In this document: positions 1 to 12,300 of the stretch, in pieces
How the letters are laid out: the number at the start of each line of letters is the position of its first letter
Position numbering within the stretch: the first letter of the stretch is position 1
Assembly: GCA_030141605.1 (NCBI GenBank)
Contig: JAQGDQ010000146.1
Span: forward strand, 131,933 to 195,932
Reading direction: 5' to 3'
From: Tubiluchus corallicola
Taxonomy: Eukaryota; Animalia; Priapulida
DNA: 64,000 bases
The notes under the pieces: generated by a model
What the model was told of the DNA's origin: nothing
What the model saw: only the letters and a program-made list of their open reading frames with translations
Databases searched by the model: none
Translations under genes and position numbers: made by a program

Positions 1-73
<73 letters not shown>

Positions 74-150
74 CAGTAGTAGTAGTGGTAGTAGTGGTAG
101 TAGTGGTAGTAGTGGTAGTAGTAGTAGTAGTAGTAGTGGTAGTAGTAGTG

Positions 151-227
<77 letters not shown>

Positions 228-503
228 TGTTGTAGTAGTTGTAGTAGTAGTGGTAGTGGTAGTGGTAGTGGTAGTGGTAGCGGCAGCGGTAGCGGCAGCG
301 GTAGCGGCAGCGGTAGCGGCAGCGGCAGCGGCAGCGGCAGCGGCAGCGGTAGCGGTAGCAGTAGCAGTAGCAGTAGCAGTAGCAGTAGCAGTAGCAGTAG
401 CAGTAGCAGTAGCAGTAGCAGTAGCAGTAGCAGTAGCAGTAGCAGTAATAGTAATAGTAATAGTAATAGTAATAGTAATAGTAATAGTAATAGTAATAGT
501 AAT
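1..503. repeat. Compound microsatellite (GTA)n grading into (GTG/GCG/GCA)n, (GTAGCA)n and (GTAATA)n
   Basis: Directly visible. The poly-Val/Ala/Ile ORF 67..570 is only a translation of this repeat. Confidence 0.97.
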
Positions 504-879
504 GATAAATTTATTTAAGCATCATAAACTTAATACAGCAGTTAAGATGTTTTGCCTATTATACAAATAAATATGCGCAGAGGTGATGAAATGCCTATGC
601 ACAGACCAGCAAAGTGTGGAGTTAACCCTTTTATACGGAAGTAGTATATCTTGGATATATTCTCGTGTCGTGAAATGATGAGCCGTCAAAAGTTAAATAC
701 GTTCCTAATTGGCTATGCAATGCACGTAGCTATAATGTATAAACTATTCTAAGGTCACAGAACTAGTTTAGCGACCGTAATCGTAGTTGATTTATTTAGA
801 GGTTCATGTATAACCAGAGGAAACAGAGCAACTTGTCTTCACAAACAAAAACAAAAATCCCTAGTAATGTTATAGTTAA

Positions 880-1480
880 AGTGCCAGCAAACAAAGTAAA
901 AGGCACTAAGTTCTTAGGAATCACTACAGATGAACACTTAACTTGACAGAAATATTTGAAATTTATGAAAAGTAGGCTAAAATCTCCAAAACCTTAGGTA
1001 TTATGTACAGCGTTAGATACATATTGCCTAAATCAGTACTCATACTATTATGTAATTCTCTTTTTACCATACCTTAATAACTCGAATATAGTTTGGGATA
1101 GCACATATACTAGTGACTGAAAAAAATTCAGGTAATTCGGAAAAATAGTGAAGGTTACAGGGACCACGTGACCAATATTTAGCACCCTAAATTTTGTAAA
1201 CATTTATGACATTAACAAGTTAGAAACCGCGATTTTCATGTATAAGTTCACTCTTAAGCTATTGCCACTCTTATTTATTGATTATTTTTGTTTGAATGCT
1301 GAAATACACGCTATAGACTTTTACTATCACTATATAAAGTGCAAAACAAACGCAGGCGTAAGACAATTTTCAATCAAGTATAATGGCCCTTACATATAGA
1401 ATTCAGTTGGTCCTGCTATAAAGAAATTCCAACTCACTGCCCAGCTTTAGAAAATTATACAAATCACACTTATTTCAGTT
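880..1480 (+). mobile_element. Degenerate non-LTR retrotransposon (LINE) RT C-terminal fragment
   Basis: aagttcttaggaatcactacagatgaacacttaacttga reads KFLGITTDEHLT*, matching the LINE post-RT motif K(F/Y)LG.. D..L.W. Downstream are LGIMYSVRYILP and FSIKYNGPYI*NS, with stops and frameshifts. Confidence 0.7.
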
Positions 1481-2200
1481 ATTTGACGCAAATAACTGCT
1501 CACTCCATGACTTTTTTGTTTTCCATTTTCAACAACTGGCACTCTTGGGTAATAATAATTCGAGTCTGTACAGTAATGCCTGTACAGGGCACACTTCTAT
1601 AAGATCTAATCAAGTGCTGCCTCTTCCAGAATTGCTTAGTAAATGTGTTAAAACATTTATCATTTCTTTTTACCGTGTATCAGTTTATATTGTAATTATA
1701 AAATATTACTAACACCTATTATAACTCTTTCTAACCGTCAGTCGCAGGTTACTAGTGAATATTTTCACTACTGATAATAAACGTATTACTGTAATAAACT
1801 TGCTTCATAGGTCTCTAGCTCTGTGTAATTTTGTAATCTCAACTTTGAATAAGTCAGAAATTTGATTCCATATGCTTTCTGGGGTAAATGCCTACGTTTA
1901 TTTTGCTGAATAATTTCATTGAAATTGAAAAAATTAAACTGAATTCACTTATTTATTCATTTGTTTGTTGATTAGAAAAATTGTTTTAACTCAATGAAAA
2001 GTAAAAAAAATTAATCACACAAAGAAATTTTTACATATTCAGCAAGATTATGCATGCGGGACAGAAACTTGTCCTCTCCCTTGTGCATTTTACGCCACAA
2101 AATTCAGCAAAGTAGCCGTGATAACATCCCCGACGAATACTCCGTAGTAAAGATCTCTTGGTCACCAGGTACCCTCTATGCCATTTGTACATGTATGTAC

Positions 2201-2659
2201 CAAGGTGTGATAAAACCGACGTCCTGGATCACTTGCAAGGTGTGATAAAACCGACGTCCTAGATCACTTGCACTGTGTGATAAAACCGATGTCCTGGATC
2301 ACTTGCAAGGTGTGATAAAACCGACGTCCTGAATCACCTGCAAGGTGCGATAAAACCGACGTCCTGGATCACTTGCAAGGTGTGATAAAACCGATGTCCT
2401 GGATCACTTGCAAAGTGTGATAAAACCGACGTCCTGGATCACCTGCAAGGTGTGATAAAACCGACGTCCTGGATCACTTGTAAGGTGTGATAAAACCGAT
2501 GTCCTGGATCACTTGCAAGGTGTGATAAAACCGACGTCCTGGATCACTTGCAAGGTGTGATAAAACCGATGTCCTGGATCACTTGCAAGGTGTGATAAAA
2601 CCGATGTCCTGGATCACCTGCAAGGTGTGATAAAACCGACGTCCTGGATCACTTGCAAA
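2201..2659. repeat. Minisatellite, 35-bp unit CAAGGTGTGATAAAACCGACGTCCTGGATCACTTG, about 13 copies
   Basis: Head-to-tail near-identical units with no spacers. Confidence 0.95.
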
Positions 2660-4929
2660 GTTCTACCCTTTGTTTCTTGGTCGTTTTACTCCAATGCGAG
2701 GTAGCGAATTTGGCACATTAAAAATTGCCCTGCATTTAATCTATATAATTGCACATATATTATTTTGTAGGTTTGTATATAAATAATTCGCACGCACACG
2801 CATGCACACAACAAGTAATTGCATATGGTGCTTCATATATAAATAATCATTACAGTAGTAGAGATGAGCAGGACTGAACTGCCAGCTTAGGGCGTCATAA
2901 CGTCTTGATACACCCATGCACACACACTCACATACATCTATGATGTATGCATTATTACATACAGACATTCTACGAAGTTGAGCCTATATATTTAACTGTA
3001 TAAAATGATTGCCCTTGGCACCTAGGCCTGTATAAAATCAATTAATTTAAGCCCATTAATAAATAATATTCATCAAGACTTGTCAGTGCAATTAGCCACA
3101 GGTGTTTTATTAGTACGCGTATACAAGTACATTTTTTACACGTAAACAAACTGTATTTAATGAAGACTTATTTTGACGTAAGCCTAACTGAATCTTAAAA
3201 AAATTAGGCTAAATATAAGTGACGTCTACACATGATATATAAGGTGTTATGACCCGCGTGCAGATTCTAATTTATGCACCAGGTTGGCTTCTCACCTGAA
3301 TTCCGTAACTTGATTTTGACCTAGTTAGTTGGTTGTTATAGAGGTGGAAGTAATGTCGGCTGCTTAGGATGACAGCTCCGATGTTTCGTTTTGTTATTTT
3401 TTGTTCACTGATAATAAAAAAGAGGAGTAATGTCGTAAATGCATCTCCGTTTGTTCAACGTGATTTTATAACCAACTCCAACTCATAACAAAGGCCAATG
3501 TATGATTATATGCTTTTTAAACATCTTTTAACTTGGAATTAACATAACATGCAGATGCTTAGATTAAGTTTTGTTCTGGAAAAAATATTTGCTCTTCTGA
3601 AAAAATTGATTTTTTCCTATGAAAGGTATTACACATGAAAGTCAAGCCTAATATTTCTTCAATTTATATTTCCTGATAAGAACATAATAAAAATAGGAAT
3701 GTTTTTTAGAAAAAATATTTCTCCAGAAATAGAATACTACATGAGCTAGGTATTTGCAAACTTTCTTTGAGATCAACTTTCTTAACTTCTTTTGTAAATA
3801 AGCCTATTAATTTTTATGAGATATGATTATAATAATTTTTATTTTAACTACTAATTATTCTTAATGCCTTATGCTTGCTTTAAATAATATTCAAAATATA
3901 ACAGCTGCTATAAATCGCCAAAGACAGATGTAGGCCTTGCAGTCTTTGCTTAGTGTACAAAATATTTAACTTGTAACAAAAGTTACAAAACTGTGTTATA
4001 ATTAGCATTTTGTTATAATTACCTGGCTGCATCCTTAGGAAATTTAAAAAGAAATTTTTATTTGTGTTTTTGCAACTCACTGCTGAGCAATTTATGAGCG
4101 CCTGTTGACCGGCCTGGCTTTGGTGGTCTCATCAATTAATCTGCTATACAGTATACACCGGTGTGCGAACAGCTTGCGCTATAGCGTACCTGACAACAAC
4201 AATCCATACTGCTGTGCCGCTAGGGCGACACTAACTGCGCGAACTGCTACACAGTAAACTTTCCTTACTTTCTGTGGTCCATATTCTTTGGTGTTATGTA
4301 GTTTATTGACTGAGCTTTTAAACTGTTGTTTTGCTGATCGTGAATAGAAACAGAGAAACAAACTTTATTATTATTTGGCTCGGCTGCTAGTTAGTGTGAA
4401 TACAATAGTACCTTACAAAGCATTATAAAAAAGAAAAATTTAGCTGTGATGTACGTAATTCACTTTAAATAATTTAAGGGCACCACCATACAGGCGTATG
4501 TGGCTGGGTGTCAGGGTTGCCCTCCCAGGAAAAATTAATTGAACTTTTTCAGGGCAAAAGCTGGTTATTTTCAGAGCAAATGATTCTGTAATAAAATTTC
4601 AAAATTTAAGATTTCAATAATCAAAAACTGATTACATTCTGCACCACCTCTTTTAGTGGGAGCAATTAAAGTACTTCTTGTACGACGAATTGTTTTTAAC
4701 TTTTAATAATTTCAAACAGTATTTGCTATCAAATTTAACTCCCTAAACTATATAAGTCCTTTATATATTGTTAAATACATACTCATCAATGTACTGCCAA
4801 GGTTATATGCCTAACCTCGAATGCCCCTAATTTTGACAAATAAAACTAACAGAAGTTCTAAACAATTTATTTGTGTCTGTTCCTCGGAACTTCAGATTAC
4901 CATCAGTTATACAGCTAGTCCCTTTTATT

Positions 4930-5530
4930 TTAATGGAAATTCAACACACTCTTAGCTTCACATCAAGGAGGAGTATGGGAACGTATGATACGTTCGGTAC
5001 GCAAAGTGATGTCTTCCATTGCAAATCTGCAAACAGTAGATGACGACAGTCTTATAACTCTGTTTCGTCAAGTAGAAGCCATCATAACTGGTCGGCCGCT
5101 TAGTGTTGTGTCTGATGATCCACGAGACCTACAGCCTCTTACACCCAATCGCATTCTTCTTCTAAGAGGTGGTCCAACATTGCCCTTTGATAAATTTTCT
5201 GAGACCGATTTGTACAAAAAACGTTTAGGCAAGTTCACTATTTGTCGGACATCTTCTGGAAGTGTTGGGTATCCGAATACTTGCCATTGCTTCAAAGCCG
5301 TCAGAAATGGCACCATAGGTCTCAAAATTTGAAGATTGGGGATATTGTTATTGTTGCAGATCAGAATTTACCAAGAGGACATTAGAAACTGGCACGAATA
5401 GAAAGTGTATTCCCTGGCAAGGATGGCTTAGTCAGATCCGTAAAGGTTCGGATGGGTAACTCTGTCTTGCGTAGACCAATTCACAAAATTGCTTTACTTG
5501 AACGTATCGACGAAAATGTTAACCTAATTG
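4930..5530 (+). mobile_element. BEL/Pao LTR retrotransposon integrase C-terminal fragment (DUF5641-type), frameshifted
   Basis: ASHQGGVWERMIRSVRK...VEAIITGRPL...LQPLTPNRILL, then after a frameshift FWKCWVSEYLPLLQSRQKW...LKIGDIVIV...PRGH*KLARIESVFPGKDGLVRSVKV...RPIHKI. Confidence 0.9.
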
Positions 5531-5555
5531 ATTAAATGTTCGTAAATTGCCCATT

Positions 5556-6113
5556 TGTAGCGGGTGCATAGGCCCTTTTTTGGTTTTAATTTAGTTCTCA
5601 ATTACTGCCATGGTGCTGCCACCTGTTTGTTTATTTAGTAGGCTTTTTACCTTTTACAATAGTCACTCTTTTAAAATTGAAGCACCTAATATCCTTGAAT
5701 ACATTAGCATTTTGGCCTTTCATGAGCTATAGCTGTAGTAGTTGTATGACATTTTACCTGTCTCTTGGTTCTCTCCGCCATTGCTTTATTTTTCTGACTG
5801 TGATGAGCATTATGACTGTAAATTTCTTACAAATTTATCGTTGTGACATTGTTGTTCTTAAGGCAACTTGGAGTTCTCATTCCTGTCTTTGTAACTGTTA
5901 AAGGCTCTAACAACGTAAGTTATTATTAATTAGTTTCAATATAGTTTACATAATTTTTATATCAGTTCTTAGTTATAGCAATACATTTAATCATGCTACT
6001 AATTTTCTTCTACTTAATGCAAATTAAACTAAATGTTAATAATTGTATCTCAGAATAAAGAAACTTTTGGTCAACACGTTAAACTGGTGTTTTGTATCCA
6101 TTTCATCTACTAC
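5556..6113 (+). mobile_element. Possible 3' LTR of the BEL/Pao relic
   Basis: Follows the integrase end, starts TGTAG, has AATAAA near 6055 and ends ...CTACTAC. No clear polypurine tract. Confidence 0.35.
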
Positions 6114-6820
6114 GAATGCTTTGATTATTTTTTAAAACTTTTCAAATTTTTTCAAAGTTAACTAAAATTGTTTCAAACGACTTACTGTTAAAATTGCTGC
6201 TTCCAAAGGTCATGGAAAGATTTTAAATTTACAAATTTAATACAGCGTTATTTATAATGCGAGCTCTGTATGCTATAATAAAGCAGTATGTAGTCTAGGC
6301 ACATTTTCATAAAAGTTGAACGCTGGAGACGTTTTTTCTAAAAGTCTCATGTAGGCGGTATAGAATTTTAAAACGAATTTTTTTAGTTTTATATAAGAGA
6401 AGTGCTTTCTTGTGCTTTAAAGAAAAGAAACGTACTAAAATTTCCTTTGCATAAGCCTACTGTTCTGCATGTATGTATTTCTTTCATATTATTTAGTTTC
6501 ACAATTCCGTACAAGCATTACCTTCAAAATTATACAGGAAAAAGAAAAAATTTTAATTGCAATGACACTGATGCTGAGTGATTTTTGACGGACCAAGAAT
6601 TACCTGTATTTTTCCTTCAAAGAGCAAATGAGCAGCTATTTTGAAGTTTTAAAAACATCTATACAATATATGGATTACGGATTATGACAGCTCAGTTTCT
6701 TGTTTTTCAATGACTTCATTTTATTAGAAAAATCTTGACTTAATTACTGAATATTCTTAATCGACAAACACTAACATCTCTTAACACAATCGTCAGTTTT
6801 TAAAAATAGTAATAAAAAAA

Positions 6821-8689
6821 TCAAATTCGAGTTATTTGACTACTCCGATCAAGTCGCAACACGATGTTTTCTTTGCTCGTGACCCCCAAATCGATATGCA
6901 AGTTGTGGGTGTCTTCACTCGGTCCTGCAACTTCTGCGCATGCGCTGACATTTCGTTTCCATTTATCATCAAACGTTTCGTTCTTCGAAATGGTTTTCAA
7001 GAATCTCTCGCGGCGGCTCCCTTCTTCCTTTCTGCAGAAACTGACAATGATACAAAGTGCAACAATGGGAATTTGTACCAGCGAACTGCAGAATAATAAC
7101 CAACCAACAGTGGTGACCCAAGGTGGACGCTGGTCAGGTAAAGGGGGAAAATCGACCAGGGTCAGAATAAACATAATCACTGTTAACATCGGCGAAACTA
7201 CAATCCAGGTGATTTCCCAGTAAATTCCAGGACGATACCCCAACATAGCTACTATGTTTGCCCTAAATTTTTTGTAACCGTAGATCCATATAACTGCCAC
7301 TATCTCAAAGAAAGTAACCAGCAAAACTGGAAAATCAGCTCCATATTTATCCATAAGAGACCATACGTATGATCCACCACGCATGGTTGCCGGCAATGCT
7401 ATGATAAACAAACTAGTGCAAAATGCTAGTGTAAACACTAGTTTATGTCTCCTCAGTTCGGTGAACTGGTCGCTGATAGAGCTCAGCACACATTGCAACA
7501 TCCCGAATTCACTATCTACACCCAGGACGTACAGCATGAAGAAAAACAAAGTTGACCAAAACTGGGCAGTCGGTAACTGACCAATGGCTTCGGGGTAGGT
7601 AATGAATGTCAGTCCAGCGCCACCCTGAAAAACTTCGCCAAAATCGACGCCTACGTCGTACGCAAGGGCTCCAATCGCTGAGAAAACTACAAACCCAGCA
7701 ATTAAGCTAGTTAACGTATCAACACAACACACTATGAGGGCGTCCCTGTAGCAGTTATGGGAAAATTTATTATAACTTGCCAGGGTGATTAAACAACCCC
7801 AACCCACAGACAAAGAATATATAACGTGGGTTAAGGCATTACGCCACACATGCACGTGTTTTAAATGTGACCATTTTGGCACAATCAAATGTTTTATTCC
7901 TGTAGCAGCCCCCTCTAGCGTTACACCTCGAAGCATCAGTACAAGTAACACAATATAAGGAAACGTTGCAGTGAAATAAACAACCTTTCCAGACGTTCTA
8001 ATGCCTCTCATGAGACAGAAGAACAAGACGATCCAGGACAAGAGAAGATTCAAGGCAACGTCCCATTTGATGCCGCCCAAGTCGCTTATGCTGTACGTGT
8101 GAACAATTGTACGGTTCACTACAACGTTCAAACCAAGGACCTTGTTCTCCCAGAACTCTTCTGACGATGTCTTAACTCTAAATGTTCCGTTATAAAGATC
8201 TGACGAATTCCAGTACTCGATTAAGTTCTTGGCAATTTTGTAACCTCTTATGTAACAAGCGACCGTGTTCCACTCGTTGTCGCACGTGGTCCATGGAAGA
8301 ACCTTCTGCATGGACGCCCACATATAGTACAACACATAGGACAAAATGACGTTGTAATAAATTGTCACGGTGGTACATATTGTCACCACTGCGCAACCAA
8401 CGCCTTTGGCGAGGGGAACGCAGCTCCATATGGTCAAAGGCGCTTGTCCTGCATACTGACCAAATGCCAGTTCCATGTAATACACTGGTATCCCTACTAG
8501 GAAGAGCATAATGGTATAGGGCAAAAGAAACGCTCCGCCTCCGTTGTCGTAAGCCAAGTAAGGAAATCGCCAGATATTACCCAGGCCTACTGTGAGGCCA
8601 ATGCACGAAAGCAGAAACTCCCATTTAGAATCCCATGTGCCTCTATGACCAATGGAAGATCTCCTTTCATCCATATCAGTGCCCTCCAT
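6821..8689 (-). CDS. SLC6 (neurotransmitter:sodium symporter) amino-acid-type transporter, 622 aa, single coding exon
   Basis: RGTWDSKWEFLLSCIG..VGLGNIWRFPY..Y.NGGGAFL.PY, ELAFGQY, LPWTTCDNEWNT, SGKVVYFTATFPY, GL.FITYPEA and about 12 hydrophobic segments. Gly rather than Asp in TM1 excludes the monoamine transporters. Confidence 0.97.
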   Translation of the reverse strand: MEGTDMDERRSSIGHRGTWDSKWEFLLSCIGLTVGLGNIWRFPYLAYDNGGGAFLLPYTIMLFLVGIPVYYMELAFGQYAGQAPLTIWSCVPLAKGVGCAVVTICTTVTIYYNVILSYVLYYMWASMQKVLPWTTCDNEWNTVACYIRGYKIAKNLIEYWNSSDLYNGTFRVKTSSEEFWENKVLGLNVVVNRTIVHTYSISDLGGIKWDVALNLLLSWIVLFFCLMRGIRTSGKVVYFTATFPYIVLLVLMLRGVTLEGAATGIKHLIVPKWSHLKHVHVWRNALTHVIYSLSVGWGCLITLASYNKFSHNCYRDALIVCCVDTLTSLIAGFVVFSAIGALAYDVGVDFGEVFQGGAGLTFITYPEAIGQLPTAQFWSTLFFFMLYVLGVDSEFGMLQCVLSSISDQFTELRRHKLVFTLAFCTSLFIIALPATMRGGSYVWSLMDKYGADFPVLLVTFFEIVAVIWIYGYKKFRANIVAMLGYRPGIYWEITWIVVSPMLTVIMFILTLVDFPPLPDQRPPWVTTVGWLLFCSSLVQIPIVALCIIVSFCRKEEGSRRERFLKTISKNETFDDKWKRNVSACAEVAGPSEDTHNLHIDLGVTSKENIVLRLDRSSQITRI

Positions 8690-9068
8690 GTAGGCCTAAA
8701 TCACCAACTATTAACACATGATTCTATAGATCTATCATTATTTATGGACAATATTGTTTAAAAGGATTATAATTCAAATGCTTAAGTCAAAACAATGAAG
8801 TCCGTGACATCATTTTAGCAGAAAATTTGTTTCCATTATATTTTACAATATGTAATAAAACAATGTACCACGAGCCTGCTTTGGAATCTCTTTTACAAGA
8901 ACAATGTTCTTGTTTACAATGACTTTTGACTTTTGAAATTGGTGGTGCACTAGTAGTATGAAAGGGTAAAAAGTTCCAAGCATTAATACACGAGGAACAG
9001 AAAAGAAAAATTTTATTTCGGTGTCTCACGTTTTCATTTGCGGTTTTCAATTGAAGTACTGCCAACAA

Positions 9069-9686
9069 TTAAAGCAAAACCGGACCCAGTGTTAAACTGT
9101 AGGTCAAAACTGCATATTCTTTTAAAGTATTAAAAGCAAACATACTATTTTTTATCAAAAATGACTTACGTGAAAGAATTATTAGCACACAAACGCAATT
9201 TCACGTGCGCGCCACTAGTTCTTCACTGTTACATGAATTTCGTCATTCGCTAGTTTGACTGACACTAGCGCCTGCCTTTCGGAAAGCGTTGCACAAAAAC
9301 TGGTGCTGTACCTCCTAATGCAGATGTGACGAACTGCACACGTTTGACAGCTTATTTGTGAGTACAGCGGTAAATTTGAAATTTGAATTTTTATCTTAAA
9401 AATTGCCGAATTTTAGTACAACACATTGAGTCTCTTACAGTAGTACTGTACTTCAATTTTCGCTTTCACAAACACGTGTAACACGTTCATGGAGTTGTTT
9501 TGATGTTGAAAATTATGTTAGTTTGTGATGTCACCACCAATTGGGCTCGCCCGCTATTAATTAAGATTTTAATGTATTATTTAATTATCAGAAACGCTTT
9601 TGCAGTATTACCGGTGTCAAAATATATACATTTTACCGTTCTTTAAAATGGCGTAGCACATGAAAAATCAGCCCATCTTCGTTTAA
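9069..9686. mobile_element. Kolobok/T2-like MITE family C, copy 1
   Basis: TTAA-bounded with a TTAAAG(C)AAAACCG end. Alignable by eye with 14247-14731 plus 15520-15652. Confidence 0.65.
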
Positions 9687-10014
9687 ACATGTGGTGCCAC
9701 CAACATTTAAAATTGTTTATCATTGTAATTTGACTCAAGTTTAATCCAGGTTGTTGACCTTGGTCTGGGCTGCTCAGTTACCTGTACCTGTTGGGCTTCC
9801 CAGGTGTATGGTAGTGAAGATTGCCAGTTAGTTTTACTAGCTAATTAGTTAAGCTCAGTGGGTGCATGTGACTTGGGCAGCTCTGCCAAGGCCAACCTGG
9901 TGCCTTTTTTCCTTCTGATTATTGCTGCTGAGTTGTCGCCATGTGTGTCTTCCTTTCATGTAAATAGTGTAAATAACAAATAAACTCTTTCACAGTTCAA
10001 TGCAGTTTTGTTAT

Positions 10015-10095
10015 TCTGACGATGACGATGATGATGACGATGTTAATGACGACGACGACGATGATGATGATGATTACAATGACGATGACGATGAT
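10015..10095. repeat. (GAT/GAC)n microsatellite
   Basis: Directly visible. Confidence 0.9.
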
Positions 10096-10786
10096 AGTAA
10101 CCGAAACTTCGTGTGTGCTCTTGCGTGAACGTAGTGATAATAAACCAATGATTCTACCAATGAAAATCACAACGCTGAAAATAAAAACTGGATTTATTAC
10201 GGATTTATTACATACCATGTAATGAGGCGCGTTTTAAAATGAGAAAATAATAGATAAAAAGCTTATTATATTTAATAGTGGAAAGATATAATCAGTCAAT
10301 TATATCAGAAATCGTAAATTGCTAAACGTCAGACAATAAAATTTGTTTTTTTTAATTTGGAAGGTGTATCATGTAACAACTAAGTTCTTAAACATTTAAA
10401 ACTTTTCACTAATATTCCGGAAAATAATTTTACAGTTCAGGTGAGCCGAATATTTGTTGGTATGTTTTATAATAATTTTTTAATTTATGTAATAATGCAT
10501 ACTTTATAATGCTTTACAATATATTAACATCCGTGCCTTTCATTCTCTTGTTTCATTTATATTTTCTTAATTGATGATTTGTTGTTTGTGATATTAGTCA
10601 ATTATTTACACTTCATTTAAGTTTTAATTAGTTAAATAATAATTATTAATATTATCATTTAATTTGTTTTTAATCTCAGTTTATTGTATAATGACATAGT
10701 GTAGTTTATTTTTGTGATTTAACTTTTGTATTGAAACCAGCACTATAATGGAAATAAGACGACGTTTAGATGTATGCAAGGAATAC

Positions 10787-10832
10787 ACTCTCCTCTCCTC
10801 TCCTCTCCTCTCCTCTCCTCTCCTCTCCTCTC

Positions 10833-10882
<50 letters not shown>

Positions 10883-10905
10883 TCTCTTTCTCTTTCTCTT
10901 CTCTT
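10787..10905. repeat. (CTCCT)n/(CT)n/(CTCTTT)n microsatellite
   Basis: Directly visible. Confidence 0.93.
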
Positions 10906-11075
10906 CTATTTCAAACAGTACTATACAGTACAGGACAGTAGTACAGTGCCCCAAAATATTCATTTAAACCATAAATCATTTAAAGCATTTATTACATTCT
11001 GCAGTATTACATTTATTACCTTGCAAATATCTTACTTAATATTACTCAGTTTTTTACTCGACTAGTGTTATTAAT

Positions 11076-11644
11076 TTAAAGGAAAAGTCAAGCCTTTTAG
11101 AAGGTTCGGCTTATTTCAACGTTCGCGAAAAATGTTAGAACGATTTAGCAATAAAACTGCAGTAAGCGCCTCGTGTAACCAGTAAAATCACATTAAAGTC
11201 GCGATCACTTCATGCTTGGACGCTCCCATTTTCAATGTCCATTCTTCTTCCAGTGACGTCATTTGTTCTGAAGAAAAGTAGCGTGCTGTAAATCTTTGTC
11301 AAAGCTATAACAAGTTTTTACAAAAAAAATGGATTGCTGATTTTGTAATGTTTTGGCGAGAACATTAGGTAAGCTGCAGAAATTTGAATTAGTTTAAGCA
11401 GCGCGCGCATACGGAAATCCACGACACGCTTACGAAAAGTCACAAAGTCTCCCAGTTACGTCACGATTTTCAAGTGAATAGCGGCAACCACAGCGCCTGA
11501 AAATTTTTATTCAGAGAAAATTATTTATTTTAAATTTATGCTTTATAGACAGTTCTTTGCAAATTTCTTTGATATATTTTTCTTTGTATAAGTGACAACA
11601 GTAAAATAAACCCAACATACTGAATGACTTGTTCTTTCCTTTAA
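11076..11644. mobile_element. Kolobok/T2-like MITE family A
   Basis: Ends TTAA-AGGAAAAGTCAAG...TTCTTTCCT-TTAA. Related pieces lie at about 12490-12700 and 15220-15490, and an inverted copy at 35146-35870. Confidence 0.7.
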
Positions 11645-11783
11645 CTTTTGCAGAAAATTATTATTTTTCTATTAAAATGCTATTATTTTTCTAAAAACAC
11701 GGCGAAAAAACGACATTGCAAAAAGCACACCGCAACGCAACCTATTTTCAGCAGTAATTCATCATTTTCTACCGCTTGGTTCT

Positions 11784-12121
11784 TCACTTAGTACAGATAT
11801 GGTCTAGCAGCATTTCTTCAGGCTTAAGTTGATGAAATTCAAAAGTGACAGCATTGTCCCATTCGCCGCTTGATACGAGTCGGATCACTGAATTGCCACA
11901 GCCCAATGGTACCTCTAATACTGAAACAATAACCATAAATTAGATCTAGTAGCAGTAGTAGTAGCAGCAGCAACAGCAACAGCAGCAGCAGCAGTAGTAG
12001 TAGCAGTAGTAGTAGCAGTAGCAGTAGCAGTAGCAGTAGCAGTAGCAGTAGCAGTAGCAGCAGCAGTAGCAGTAGCAGCAGCAGCAGCAGCAGTAGTAGT
12101 AGCAGCAGCAGCAGTAGCAGT

Positions 12122-12210
<89 letters not shown>

Positions 12211-12263
12211 CAGCAGCAGCAGTAGTAGTAGCAGTAGCAGCAGCAGTAGTAGTAGTAGTAGCT

Positions 12264-12300
<37 letters not shown>

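Noticed and set aside
67-570. Long low-complexity ORFs (also 11839-12540, 23838-24230, 24788-25354, 31593-32075, 59109-59690)
   Set aside because: They are translations of microsatellites with no protein-like content.
2201-2659. 35-bp repeat array as a CRISPR candidate (also the 27-bp and 57-bp arrays)
   Set aside because: Units are contiguous with no unique spacers, there are no cas genes, and the context is eukaryotic.
9709-9995. Possible solo LTR (TGTG...CACA with late AATAAA)
   Set aside because: No target-site duplication and no second copy in the window.
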